A stretch of DNA of 64,000 bases from Octopus sinensis (Eukaryota), in assembly GCF_006345805.1 (NCBI RefSeq), contig NC_043000.1, positions 70,556,001 to 70,620,000 of the forward strand, given 5' to 3'. Made by a program: the position numbers and the translations under genes. The notes below the pieces were generated by a model. The model ran no database searches and was not told the origin of the DNA. It saw only the letters and a program-made list of their open reading frames with translations. The first letter of the stretch is position 1. Each line of letters opens with the position of its first letter. Below are positions 1-12,711 of this stretch, piece after piece.

Positions 1-1106
1 ACATATGTAACCTTAATGATGAGGCTAAGTACTGCTTCTATTCTGGAATGAGTATCTCATTTGTGAAATGACTAGTTTTGTTTATCTTATAAAATATTTA
101 ATTTCCAGAATGAAATAGAGAATGTTCCCAACCCAATTTCAGAGACAGCCTTGTGTTAGTGCATTATGTAAAACCAGCTATTTGGGTTATTTTGAATTCT
201 GTAAAGTTAAATTTATAGTTACTCCATGTCCTAAAGAACCATATATATATACAGTAGTACTTCGAATTTTGAGCAACTCTGATCATAAATAAATCGTGCT
301 TTGTATGTATATATATATATAGATATATAAAAAGCACAATTTATTTATGATCAGAGGCGTTCATAAACCGAGGTGCTATTGTATTAAATGAATATGAGAT
401 AAAGTAAAATTCATTTATGATCAAAGTATGAGGTTCTACTATATATGTATATATATATATACAAGTTTTTTTTTTCAATCCATTTGAAATGGCAAACCAA
501 TGACATTGAATCAGTATTGCATCTATTCATCATTGCAATGTTTGGAACTACATCAGCTGGAGGAAGTGCACTATTGTTGATCAGAAGTTTTTGAGTCAAC
601 AAGGAAGATTGTAGCTAGAATATTTTTCAAATCAGACCTCTTTTGGGGAAAATAAAGCTTAATATAGTTGACTACCTGATTCTAAATAAGTAGTTGGAAT
701 GCATGTCTGTAGGTCCAATTCATAGTTACCCTGAATCCTAAATAACTAGAAGCTATGGCAACAATTTAATATATTGATTAGCTAATAATTGCCATTAAAA
801 TGAATGTATTTTGAATATCAAAATTTCAGTTTATTGTAAAGATTCATTCCCAAGATGCATCTTCCTTTTCACCAGGGGTTACAGTCTTAATACCAAAACC
901 TATTTTAGCATGTCAATCTTCTGCAAATATTTAGAGAACCAGTTTTTCATCCATAGGTTTTTGTTATTTCATGAACATTTGACATTTATTAAATGTTTCA
1001 AGTAAAAGATAGTATTTTCACTCTACATATTGGGAACTGCTGGCCTAGACCAAATAGTAAATGTAAAAATATGAAAAGAGAGAAGATGCAGAAAAGGAAT
1101 AATTAA

Positions 1107-1283
1107 CCCTTTAAGCATTCAGATTAGTCTGTCAAGTGTAATGCTTATTTTATTTACATTGTTTTGAATTTGTCATGTGTTATCTCATGGCTTTGAGATT
1201 TTGATGTGACTTTTTTAGAATGAGGATATGTGAATTTGACTATAAAACAAGTAAAACATTAGCTGGCTTAAAAATGCTAAGGG
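1107..1283 (+). mobile_element. piggyBac-type MITE (CCCTTT-type TIRs, TTAA target duplications)
   Basis: TTAA at 1103-1106 and 1284-1287; ends ccctttaagcatt...aatgctaaggg. Same family as the copies at 22.8, 40.5 and 46.9 kb. Confidence 0.75.
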
Positions 1284-1299
1284 TTAATAAAAATGTTTC

Positions 1300-4200
1300 T
1301 TGGATGTTGTGTCCAACATTTATCTGGCTGACTCTTTCTGCCATAATTTTCCCTAATGTTTTTTTTTTCCCCTCACACCACTTCGTGGGGTTCAGTTTCG
1401 CTAGATTGGTTTTCACCATTTTCCAACTCTTCTTCAACTAGGTTCCTTTTAACTGACTGATTGCATGGTACTTTTTTAACCAACTCTCATATTACATACC
1501 CTAGGACCAGTGTACTCAGTTTACTCTTTTTCACTATACATTTAATTCTTGCGCCTAGTTTTACTTATTTCATTTCTACTCCATATGTGTTATATCAATG
1601 GAGAAAGCTTTCTACACTTCTTTCCAATCTTCTCGCATTCAATGCTTGTTTCTCTACCTCACAATATTATTTTTCTTCTATTCTACTCTTCACCCAGAGA
1701 GAGGGAGAAACCCTTTACTGTTGAAGTAAAGCTTCCTGAGCTTTTTTCCACCCAGTTTTTATAAAACACACATCTCCCCTTTGTACTGCAAGCAAAGTTG
1801 TCGATCAATCCATATCAAGCATTCCCATTTCACTGACAGCAGTAAGATCTTTCCTTCTCTCCTAAGACTTTTGTCTAAGTTAACTTCAATTTTTCTGATT
1901 TTTTCTGTCAACTATCTCATTGGCATACCTATTTTAGCACAGACTAGTTTAAATTCTTGGTATAGGCTTGGTGAACTGTAAGCAGCTGAGAACTGAATCC
2001 TGCTGTACACTTACTAGCATGCTAAATTTCTTAGTGAACTTGTTTGACAGCATTCCTGTACATAAAAATCACTCATTTCATTATCCATCATTTTGAATAC
2101 GGGGTTTTGTCCCCGTTAATGGGGGTGACTGGATCTACCTCAATGCCATAGCAACCGCCCTTTCACCATCTTATCCAGTTTTGGGCATCCTTCCTTCTCA
2201 AGCCAACCCTCCCAATCTCCTGCTCCACATTTTCTTCGGTCTGCCTCGCTTTCGTTGTCCATTTACCTCACACTCTAGCACCCACTTCAGAACGTGCATC
2301 CCTCCTCAATATATGCCCATACCACTGCACTCCATTTGCTCTTATCAGCTGTTCCACTGATTCCTCCATCCCCCATCAAGTCCTCAGCCCTCCTCTTATC
2401 AAACAGCCTCAGGCCACACATTTCTTTAGCCATTGCTCTCTCAGTCCTTCTCAAAATTGCCATCTCTCTCAAACACCATGTCTCACTCCTTCAATCCCTC
2501 CATCGTTTCACTCATCAGAACCTCCATTAGCAGTTCCTCTCTTGCACTCTCCGTTACATCAACCACTACTGCAAACAACAATGGTGACAACACAGATCCC
2601 TGATGCACACCAACTTTCACCACAAACTCCTCTGACAGCTTTGATCCAAGTTTCACTCGTCTTTACCCCCTCATACAAACTCATGACTGCTCTCACTATT
2701 ACCTCTAGTACACCTCTCTTCCTCAATGCCCACTCATTCACCTCATTGGAACACTATCAAATGCCTTCTCCAGATCAACGAAGCACATGTACAACTCCTT
2801 CCCTTTATCTCGGTATCCCTCCTGTAATCTCCTTACAATGAACACTGCATCTATTGTCCCCCTTCCTGGCATAAAACCAAATTGCATCTCATCCACATCC
2901 ACCCCTTTCCGCTATCTTCATTGCATGCTCCAATAACTTCACTCCTCTAATAGCCCCACAACACATCACACCCCCTTCCCCTTGAAGATTGGTACCACCA
3001 CACTTAGAGCCCAATCATCTGGTATTTCTCTTCCATCCAGCTTGCCCTGGCAGAGCTCCATCATCACAACAATCCCTATCTATCCACTTGCAGTTATCAT
3101 TTCCACACTTCTGATGGACCAGCTGCCTTTCCTGTTTTCATTTCCTTCATCGCCTCTACTACTTCTTCCCAACTAACCCTCTTCACTGGCCCCTTCACCA
3201 CAGCTAATTCCACCCTATGATCCCATTCATTCTCCTCATTCATAATTCCCTCTATATGCTCCTTTTAAACATTTCCCCTGTCCTTCTCGCTAAAATTCAA
3301 CCTTCCATCACTCCCCTTCATGCATCGCCCTCGCTCAACATCTCTTCCATCATTTTTCATTGATTTGATAAACCTAAACACTATCAGGGTTCTCATCCAG
3401 CCCCACTCAGCCTCCCTCCTCATAGATCCCACAACCACCCTCTGCACAATTCTTCATGTTATTATACCTGGCTTTCATTTACTCACAATTATTATTACAT
3501 AAAGCTTTGTGTGCCTCCTTCTTCCTCGCTATTGCATCCCTCACCTCCTCGTTCTACCACCACATATTTCCTCGATCTCTCCTACCCTTCATCCTTCCAT
3601 ACACTTCATCACATGCCTTTGGTACCCCTTCTTTAAAAGACTTCCTCAAATCCTGTACATCAATGTTTACCAACTCCCCAACTCTTTCCTCAAACCTTGC
3701 TCTTGTTTCTTCTTCCTTCAGTTTCCACACCATTCTCCTCTCAACTGTTCCCTTTTTCACATGCTTTTTAACCTTCCCCTTATCCAAGTGAGCAACCACC
3801 AACTTGTGCTACAACTCACCTGGCATTGTCATCTACACCTTGTTTTCAACAAAATGTGAGATACTTATTAAAGGCCTTCTCCTGATCAACAAATGCTAAT
3901 TATAGTGTCTCATGCATCTTCTATCAATCTTTCTAATTAGTTGTACTATAATTCTGTTACTTTCATAACTTACTCCATCTGTTTGATATCTCTAAAGTAG
4001 ACCTCTTAGAGCATCTACTTTGTTCTACTAGCAGTTAATGATCCACTCATGCCAGGTATTGAATGACTCTTTCCTCTGCTATCTGATCAATTATACAAAT
4101 GATAGCCAAAGTATCTTCAGCTTCTCAGCATTATCCTTGCTAGTTCATCTGCTGACTGTTCATATCCTTAAATATACTTTTAATCATATGGTTGTTGAGC

Positions 4201-4330
4201 ACCTGCTCTCTCTGAAATCAGTGTAGGTCCCCTCCTACACACTCCTTAATCAGCAACCTTTTGAGGTAACATTTCCATGCCTCTCCAACATGATGATTCA
4301 TACTAACACTACTCTGCACTTCCAAAATAG
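1300..4330 (-). mobile_element. Old, highly decayed RTE-clade LINE interrupted by a younger RTE
   Basis: Degenerate minus-strand translations resemble RT and C-terminal motifs: AFVDQEKAFN near 3890, VQQDSVLS near 1990, KTGWKKLRKL near 1750. Confidence 0.5.
2085..3850 (-). mobile_element. RTE-clade LINE fragment (post-endonuclease linker, RT and 3' end), frameshifted
   Basis: Fragments VWKLKEEETRARFEE, EAMKEMKTGKAAGPS, DDWALSVVVPIFKGKG, EWALRKRGVLEVIVRAVMSLYEG and ILRRTERAM; RTE-like 3' end CCCCCATTAACGGGGACAAAACC. Confidence 0.85.
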
Positions 4331-5676
4331 TGACCAACTTCTTACTTTCCACTTCTCTATTAAGTATATGTGAGTGGTAAGTTATCGGACATTTCCTGAA
4401 ATAAGATGTTGCAAATGGTTAGGTCGTTTTATATCACATGGCCTAGCTTGCTCTCCTGTATCATAACTATAGTCAACATGATGTTCCTCAAAAATGCATT
4501 GAGCTCACCACCATAATAATGAGATCATTAGTTAGTCTGCAAGCGGTCCCAAATAGTTGTTTTGCTCCTTTGCCAGTCCTAATTGTGATGCAGGTACAGG
4601 GATTGCAGTTACTGATGAAATTTCATTATTGTCACTAATTGATTACCTCAGTATTTTTATCCATTTTTGTTCTAAGAATATAGTTTATCAACTCCAAGAA
4701 CTCTTCTCTGCAGCATTTGTACAATCTTCCCAGATTTATCTTTCAACATTGACGATAGCAACCCTGAAATTTTGTATCTGATAGGAACAGTGGTGGTGTA
4801 ATTATTTGGTGATCAAGTTTTCACATCTAGAGCATTTCATTTGCACTTGTAGCAGTTGATGATACAAAATAAGTATTAGGCCCTGTATATGAGATTTTCA
4901 TTGATATTTTTTTCTATACCCTGCCTGTCAACTAAATACATCATATACATATGGAAATGGTTAAGAAAGAAAGGTTGTCGACAAACCATCTCAAGAAATT
5001 AATTAAATAAGCTATTTCAATCAGAGTGTGACTTATTTGAATAGGCTAGGTCACTGGTTAGTAGACCCAGCAATAATTTACTTTTAATTATTTGGTATCT
5101 ACACTGACAATGTAAATGTGTACTTTACTCCATAATGAATTCTAGATTAGTCTTAGTCACTAAATTTTAGTTGAGTATTCTTTGACTTGGTAATTAACAT
5201 CTATAAGCTGCTTTGCAGTGTGCCTGAAACAGGTAGCCCCAAATCAACCCTGATGGAGTAGATCTTTGATCAAAGGAGTTCAGGTGTAATTATTGCTGGT
5301 ATATTGTCCAAGCTTCAAACAAATAAATGAGTAAATCAAATAGAAGACCTCGCATTTGAGATGATGCTTGCATTAGAATACCAGATTTTACCTCTGTTGA
5401 ATAGTTCATGGGCAAAGAATCTGTCCAGCAATAATTAAAATTCGAGAATAAATGACATGAAGTAAGAAATCCCAATTTTATAACACAACCATACATTTAC
5501 AGTAGAACAATAACAAACGACCAAAAAGCATCACAAACCAATGTAAAGAAAGAAAATGCAGGAGCATATCGTGATAATTACATAAAAGCTTTACTGGTCA
5601 CCAGTTTTGTCAGTACAATAAATTCTGATTTACTTATACATTTTGTGCCAAATCAGTTGTGTTCATAGGTATGTCT

Positions 5677-5720
5677 GTATATTTAATTTGTATGTAATGT
5701 ATATTTAATTTGTATGTAAT
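5677..5720 (-). promoter_or_regulatory. Possible polyadenylation signal: ATTAAA twice, in a perfect 22-bp tandem duplication about 0.8 kb after the stop codon
   Basis: gtatatttaatttgtatgtaat occurs twice on +; the minus strand has ATTAAA in each copy and U/GU-rich sequence further downstream. Confidence 0.3.
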
Positions 5721-6504
5721 ACATAAAATCTTATATCTATCAAATACAGTAGTTTCAGTAAAAAGACTCAATCCCTATATTTCAAAGTCTTAAAATAGCA
5801 ATTAGCATATTCCCCTATGTCTAGTTAATAAATCAGAATTAATGTGGCATAAGAGCTGCATACTCAGCAAGTATTCAATATATGGCAGTCAATTTGCAAT
5901 ATTTTACAATGTGCAAAAATAAAATTAAATCAAAAAAAAAAATTCACTATAATAATTTAAATTTTTCATACAAAGGATATCTAAACAAAATTATAATTCT
6001 AATAAAAAATACTAAAATACCAGTAATCTCACTCTTTCACAATTAACAATTAATTTCATATCTCTCCCCATTTTCAATGATACTTACATGTAAGTTTTCA
6101 AACTAATTTTGTCCACTTATAATTTTATAACTTCTGTAACTTTATGAATGTTTGAAAATTTTTTCCATAGCAAAGTTCCTCAAGTTTTCCTTAGCTTTTT
6201 TACACTTTGAAAACCAAAAGGATGGCTTGGACAGTTATTGGTACCGGTCCCACTTTGGTGTAATTCATGACTTATGCTGCTACTTTCACTCAAGCCACAT
6301 GCACACACTTGTGTTAACTTGCACACCTTAGTGAGATCAGTTGCACAAACATAAAGAGTCATTCACTCAATGCTTGGATGAAAAAAAAAAATTAAACAAA
6401 TATATGTTTATGTGAAAAATATCTCTGTGAGCATCTCTATGACAGTTTTCCAACTGGCTTCACTTAATTTTCCTCCCTTTTTTCTTTTTATATTACATTC
6501 ACCT

Positions 6505-6584
6505 TCAGAATCGCATTTTGTGTATCTTTAATATTCTTCCAAGTCGCTGTTTGGCAGTGGCAAATCCTTTTTTAGGTTTCTTGG
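6505..6584 (-). CDS. PHF8: Last coding exon, 80 nt to stop: (P)[25 protein letters not shown]
   Basis: Long pyrimidine tract and attAG acceptor; near-identical to recalled PHF8 C-terminus [21 protein letters not shown]; TGA at 6505-6507. Confidence 0.95.
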
Positions 6585-7070
6585 CTAATTGATGAAAGAG
6601 AAAAAGAAAAATATGTCAATGAATGAATTCAATAAATATTTAAGTAAATTTTCATTATCATTATATTGAAGGTAACTGCATTGCAATAACATGCTATGAG
6701 AAATCCTTATTGTATTTTGATTCCTATAATTGTTCAGTCCTGGTTGAACAACTCTTATTTCAATCACAGGTTGGCCACCTTTAATGTGCTATCTTAGGGA
6801 TTAACCTAATTTGACAAATTATATGAACATATCTGCATGTTTATGCCCCCTGCCTCTTACTTTCTCATGTTAAGTGTGCAGAAGTTGGTGTATTCATTGA
6901 ATATGGACAGAAAGAAATTGCTTGTTAAATAGGGACATAAAAAGAAATAGCTACAAGATTACATAAACCTATGTAATGTAACAGAAAAGTAATAGTATCA
7001 TTTTATCAATGTGGAGTTAATGCTCATGATGCATCAGAATCTGTATGAGCGTGTGTGTATGTATGTATAT

Positions 7071-7292
7071 CATCATCATCATCGTTTAACATCCGTTTTC
7101 CATGCTAGCATGGGTTGGACGGTTCGACCTGGATTTGGGAAGCCAGGAGGCTGCACCAGGCTCCAGTCTGATCTGACAGTGTTTCTACAGCTGGATGCCC
7201 TTCCTAATGCCAACCACTCCGTGAGTGTAGTGGGTGCTTTTTACGTGCCACCGGCACAAGGGTCAGAGGAGGCTGGCAAATGGCCATGATCG
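7071..7292 (-). mobile_element. (GAT)n-tailed SINE / RTE 3'-derived retroposon
   Basis: (cat)n followed by conserved core ccatgctagcatgggttgga...ctggatgcccttcctaatgccaaccactcc, which recurs at least six times in the window. Confidence 0.8.
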
Positions 7293-8318
7293 GTTATATA
7301 TGAGTAAATTTAAGGATAAGCAAATTATGCAATACATACACACACACCTCAAGAGGTACATGTGTACATATATGATGTATTAGGTTTCAGTGGAAATCAC
7401 TTAATTTTCCTTGTGCACATATGTTCAAAGGAAAACAGAAGTCTGAGTAGAAACTAAATTCTTATCACAGCTACACCAATTTCTTCAAAAAGTTCAATGT
7501 CCTTCACTTCCACAAAGATAGTCTAGAGGGTTGGTGGCAGGAAGGACATCTGGCTATAGAAAATCTACCTTAACAAACACTGCTCCATGCAAGCATGGAA
7601 AAGTGGACATTAAAAATGATTATTATTACTGCTGATGTAATTTTCACTATGCCAGCATTTTATGTGTTGTTAGGAGGGAGGGGGGGCAGTACTGGAGTTC
7701 CTTTGTCTACAAGACTTGTACTCTGTTTTTCTCCTACTACGCTGTCCTGGATTCAGCCAGTCCACTGATGATGTTGATAATTTGCATATTGGGAAAAAAA
7801 ATATATATATATATATATATTGAGCACTAAACACCATTCTTTATATTTTCTGCTAAACACTGAGGAAGTTTTTCATAAGATTATATAACATTTCAACAAG
7901 TAATTATGTAATCCTGACAGTTAATTTGAGGAAAAATGTGTTTTACAACGCATAAAATATGTCTGTTATATAATTAATATTACATATATACATACACACA
8001 CACATACATATATACATGCATATATATATATACATATACACACACACACACAAATATATATATATCACACACATAGTGTGGTAGGATTAATCAATCATAG
8101 TACATATATACCAAGTTGACAGTCAACACATAGATGGCATTGTATGTATCAACAGGTTGAGTTAGCTTCCCATGTTGCTTTAAGTTTTGTGGACATACCC
8201 AACTTGCCTTACCCCATCACTTTGTCTCCATATTTCCAAGGAGCTGGTCCTATTTACTTCACATCTACAAAATTTGAAGCAATATGAGGAGCTAAATCAA
8301 ATTGTTAATATATACTGC

Positions 8319-8783
8319 GAAGACCTGTTGGGGCAAGTGAAATCGAAATTGAACCAAATTCGATGACTGGCACCCGTGCTAGTGGAGCGCTAACAGCTCC
8401 ATCTGAGCGGAATCACTGCCAGAGCAGCTGTCTGGCTTCCATGCTGGTGACACGTAAAAAGCACCATTTCAGCGTGACCATTACCAGCGTTGCCTCACTG
8501 GCACGTGAACAAAACATTCGAGCGAGGTCATTGCCAGTGCAGGCGGCACATAAAAAACATCATTTTGAGCATGGTCGTTGCCAGTACCGCCAGACTGGCC
8601 CTCATGCCAGTGGCACATAAAAGCACCCACTACACTCTTGGAGTGGTTGGCATTAGGAAGGGCATCCAGCTGTAGAAACACTGCCAGATCAGATTGGAGC
8701 CTGGCACAGCCATCTGGTTCACCAGTCCTCAGTCAAATCGTCCAACCCATGCTAGCATGGAAAGCGGAATTAAATGATGATGA
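8319..8783 (+). mobile_element. (GAT)n-tailed SINE, longer copy with internal diverged repeats
   Basis: Reverse complement of the core at 7071; ends ...ccaacccatgctagcatggaaagcggaattaaatgatgatga. Confidence 0.8.
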
Positions 8784-8799
8784 TATATATATACATAAA

Positions 8800-9285
8800 C
8801 AGTAATACCTCACTTTACAAGAGCCTAGGTTCACGAGTTATATTTTTCAAGCACAAGATCCAAACTTTGAATGAAGTGCAAAAGTTTCTACTACCATAAC
8901 AAATGCTTCTGCAGGTTACCGAGAAATTTATAGAGAAAAAAAAAGCTTCTGAGCAAACAACTCTAGACTTGTGAATCAGCAATCGCATCTATAAGCAACA
9001 GTGTGCACAAGTCTAGTGCAAGTGAAAGTGATTCAGAAAATGATTACAATAATAATATTTTTTTATTAAAAATGATCTTGGCATTCTTTTTACTTTACAT
9101 AACATATTCTTTACATTCCACTGTTGTTTTATTGCCATTTATTTACAAGTGTAATAAATTTTATAGGTAAAATATTTTTCTGGAAATGAATTAACAATTT
9201 ATAACATTGTTATTATAAGAAATTGTTGCTCTGCTTTATGAGTGGTCTCCAGGAATAAATTAACTCATATATTGAGGCATTACTT
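8800..9285. mobile_element. Tigger/pogo-like MITE
   Basis: Imperfect TIRs cagtaatacctcactttac and its partner atatattgaggcattactt, typical of Tc1/pogo-superfamily non-autonomous elements. Confidence 0.55.
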
Positions 9286-9678
9286 TGTGTGTGTGTGTAT
9301 ATATATAATATCTATGTATCAAGTTGTTCGTTATTCACTAAAATAAGGGGTCAATCTGATTGACCTGAAGTCTTGAAGTCTTGAAAATGGTACCCCAGCA
9401 TGGCCAGAGTCAAATAATTGAAACCACTTAAAATGTGTGAAAATTATTAATATTTAGAAACTAACTTAGTGTCTAGGAAATGTTTCAGTTATCAGCAAAA
9501 TATGCCTGCAGGGCTGGCTGACGTTACTAAACCCTTGATCCAGAACCAGAATTCTTGACATTAAAGGATGTACTGGTACTTAAATATTTGATTGGCTCTT
9601 GTATTGTTAATGGTAAAAAAAAAAAAATTGAAAAATTTCAGAACCCAGATAATTTTATTAAAAATTAGCATCACTTAC

Positions 9679-9975
9679 GTTTAGATGGATAACCTAAAGG
9701 TGAAGAAAATGGTCGAGGTTGGAGAGACCCTCCACTTGATCCAATGACACCACCATTACTACTAGTAATGCCACTACTCGTTCCTGGAACTGCTATTGTA
9801 CATGGAGTTCCTGGGGCCACAGCTCCTTTTGGTGGCATACTTGTAACATTAGCTGGTGAGAAACTGCTATCTGAAGCTGCTGATGTACTTGCCACAGCTG
9901 GTAATACTGTTGTTGTTGTTGATGTTGATGTTGATGTTGATGTTGTTGTTGTTGTTGTAGATGACACTGTTGATG
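9679..9975 (-). CDS. PHF8: Exon, 297 nt (288 nt with the downstream acceptor), phase 1-1: Thr/Ser-rich STVSSTTTTTT...FSSPLGYPSK
   Basis: Lies within ORF-track 9671..10120. Donor C/GTAAGT; two in-frame acceptors at 9976-9977 and 9967-9968. Confidence 0.85.
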
Positions 9976-10930
9976 CTTTTAAAGAGAAATAAATTAGGCT
10001 ACTATAGCTTTTAAAAAGACTTACAAATGACACCAGTAAATAATTAGATGACAAAACAATCAAAACAAGCATTGAAGAAAAGATACAATTTCGAATTGCT
10101 TTAGCAATAATAAAAAACAATTGTCTAGAAGAGCAAAATTAAAGAAAGTAGAGTAGAATTCTGATTTCAAGCATTGTGGCCTTGTCAGCAGTTACAATGT
10201 TAATGAGTTATACATAGGATCAGTTAGTAGTAGGAGCTGCTAGATGCTATAGGTAACAGGTAGTTTCTGGTATGAATGTAATCTAAATAGAGTTGATGTT
10301 GTAATAAAAGTATAGAAGTCGAATTATGAAAGTGATAGAAAAGGTTCAGGAAGTTAATACCTATACAAGAATCAAGAGGTTCCTTTATCAATTCAAAAAG
10401 AGGACTGATGAAGTATGTGTAAGAAACATAACATTGCAAGACAATGCAACATGGGCACTGAATGTTGAAAATCTGTAAAGGATGTTGAGAAATAAATATG
10501 ATTTTATACATTTGCAAGAAAATTTGAGTGCAAATGGCTGGCCATTAAATGCATAACTGATATATACAGAAGACAAAACTGCATGAGTATGAACATATAA
10601 TGTGAACAGATGACAAGTGTTGCATGCCAACAAGACTGAAGATGATATGGAAAGAAGTGGGGTGGTCTTGTAAATAAATTGATAAAGAATCAGGATGAGT
10701 AACAATGCTATTTTTCAGACCTATTCAACCTATACTTGCATAGAGAAACAGACCCCAAAATAAGGCTGGTAGAGACGATAAGGATAACATGCTGAATTTA
10801 ATCAGTTTTGAGACTAAATTAAGGCACTGACAAAGCGTGACTTATTAAATACGGTTACAATAAGTGTGTAATTAAATACAGTTACAATAAAATTTTAAAT
10901 CCTCATTGTCACAAATTCAAACAAGATTAC

Positions 10931-11039
10931 CTGGTGATAAATTGTGAGAAGCTGAATGCCCAGGAGACATTGAAGGCTGGATGTCTTCAGGAGATTCTTC
11001 AGTTTTTAATCTTTTACGGTTACCTTTTTTAGATTTTGC
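10931..11039 (-). CDS. PHF8: Exon, 109 nt, phase 0-1: AKSKKGNRKRLKTEESPEDIQPSMSPGHSASHNLSP
   Basis: Acceptor ttttttttcAG, donor CAG/GTAATC. Needed to join the phase 0 and phase 1 neighbours. Confidence 0.88.
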
Positions 11040-11178
11040 CTGAAAAAAAAATGGAACCAGAGAAATTAATCAAAATTGTTATAATTACATGAACTACTTT
11101 GTTTCTATAAATCCATGTAATATCCACTTTGCCTCTATACACATGCACACATACACACACAATTTATCAACAACTTAC

Positions 11179-11288
11179 AATAGTTTCATATTTTGCTGCT
11201 GTTGCTGCCAATGTGCTTTCCATTGATTCCCTACGAGCATTATCACGTGCTACTCGTTCCCGCTTTTCACCAGAAACTTGAACACGTG
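11179..11288 (-). CDS. PHF8: Exon, 110 nt, phase 1-0: ARVQVSGEKRERVARDNARRESMESTLAATAAKYETI
   Basis: Acceptor ctattttcAG, donor ATT/GTAAGT. Resembles family ARVGPSVPRQDRPVREG...SIETGLAAAAAKL. Confidence 0.9.
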
Positions 11289-12112
11289 CTGAAAATAGAA
11301 ATGAAATATTATTATTATTATTATTTCCATTAAATTGAGAGGAAAATTATGATGACAAAATTCCTAATGTTGCAATATTTTAATCATCACCTCATACTTT
11401 GATTAACACTTCACAACAAACATTAGATGTATATATTGGGAGATTTAGACTTCTGACATATTTTGAATTATAGTCATTCAATCTTTATGCTTTATTTAAA
11501 TACAAGATACTTTCGTTTACCAATTTTTTACCATAATCAAGAGCAGAAAACTGAAGTTTGAGAAAGATTTTTTATATCAGCGTCTTCTTTTTATAAATAA
11601 TTATTGTACTAAAAGCATATCCTCAGGGATCACTTGTATTAATTTTGGATTTATGTTTTTACTTTCATTGTAAGGTCCATAATAATTATAACTATAGATC
11701 AAGTGACTGTCAATGATTCATGCACCAACATGTTCACAAGCTCTCAGATACTCAGTTTCTCCATATACTCCTTCCTCTTCTCAAGTATCTACATGCATAT
11801 ACTCTTCACACATATCTTTCCTCTTCTCATTATCTTCACTGTGTCTCAACTTCAGTTAAAACACTTCACCCAGCTTCTCCTAATGAGAACTTACAACGTT
11901 CAGAAAATCTCTAACCACCAATGCATTTTCACAAACATTTAGCCACAAATGCTTATGCCAAGCATCATCTAAATCAATTTCACCAGTTGCGAAAAGAAGA
12001 ATCTGCAAATACACAATTCCTTATAGGCATTTAAAAGAAAATATTTTAGCCAGAATTTTTGAAGTATAAAGAAGAAAGAGTTTTAAAAAGAACTTGAGAG
12101 AAAATGTAACAC

Positions 12113-12205
12113 CTTTTGGATTCCACGTTTCATCCTTTTTCTGCTTGCCTCTAGGTTTAAATATATGTGGATCTTCATCATCAGATATGTCTAAAGATGG
12201 ATAAA
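12113..12205 (-). CDS. PHF8: Exon, 93 nt, phase 1-1: YPSLDISDDEDPHIFKPRGKQKKDETWNPK
   Basis: Acceptor ttcctttctAG, donor AAG/GTGTTA. Matches family VYPSLESDEDNPIFK. Confidence 0.9.
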
Positions 12206-12711
12206 CTAGAAAGGAAATAAAATAGCAGAAAAAATAATGAGTAAAGATATACATAGAACTCATTGCAGCTTTAAATTAAAGTGAAGTTCTGTAATTGCTA
12301 CATGTACAAGGTTACTTCAAAAACTGTAAATTCCAAATCCTTTGTGAATCTCAAGATTTTTCACAATTTTTTGGCTGATCTCATGATTCACATAAGGCTG
12401 ACCAAAACCTTATGAAGGAAATTTAGTAAACTGAAACAGTGTGGAAAGAAACCCGAGGGACCATTCCTGTTACTGGGGAATAGACTTAATCTGTCACCCA
12501 GTTTAACACCACCATCTGACTCTTAGATGCTTTTAGCAAAGTCCAGTGTTGCAAGCATTCGGGCCTGGTCTTTGATCTGAGGATAACATTCCCCATTGAA
12601 GGTCCTGAGAAAGATTGTGAATAATAAAAATAAGTTTTTATTATATTTCTGTAACACTATCACACTAATATCAACTCTAGATATTTCTGTGAGATAACAA
12701 TTCTGCTGTTT

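Noticed and set aside
7011-8805. Clusters of 60-90 aa ORFs (also 12848-13113 and 59666-60133)
   Set aside because: Chance ORFs in GC-richer SINE copies.
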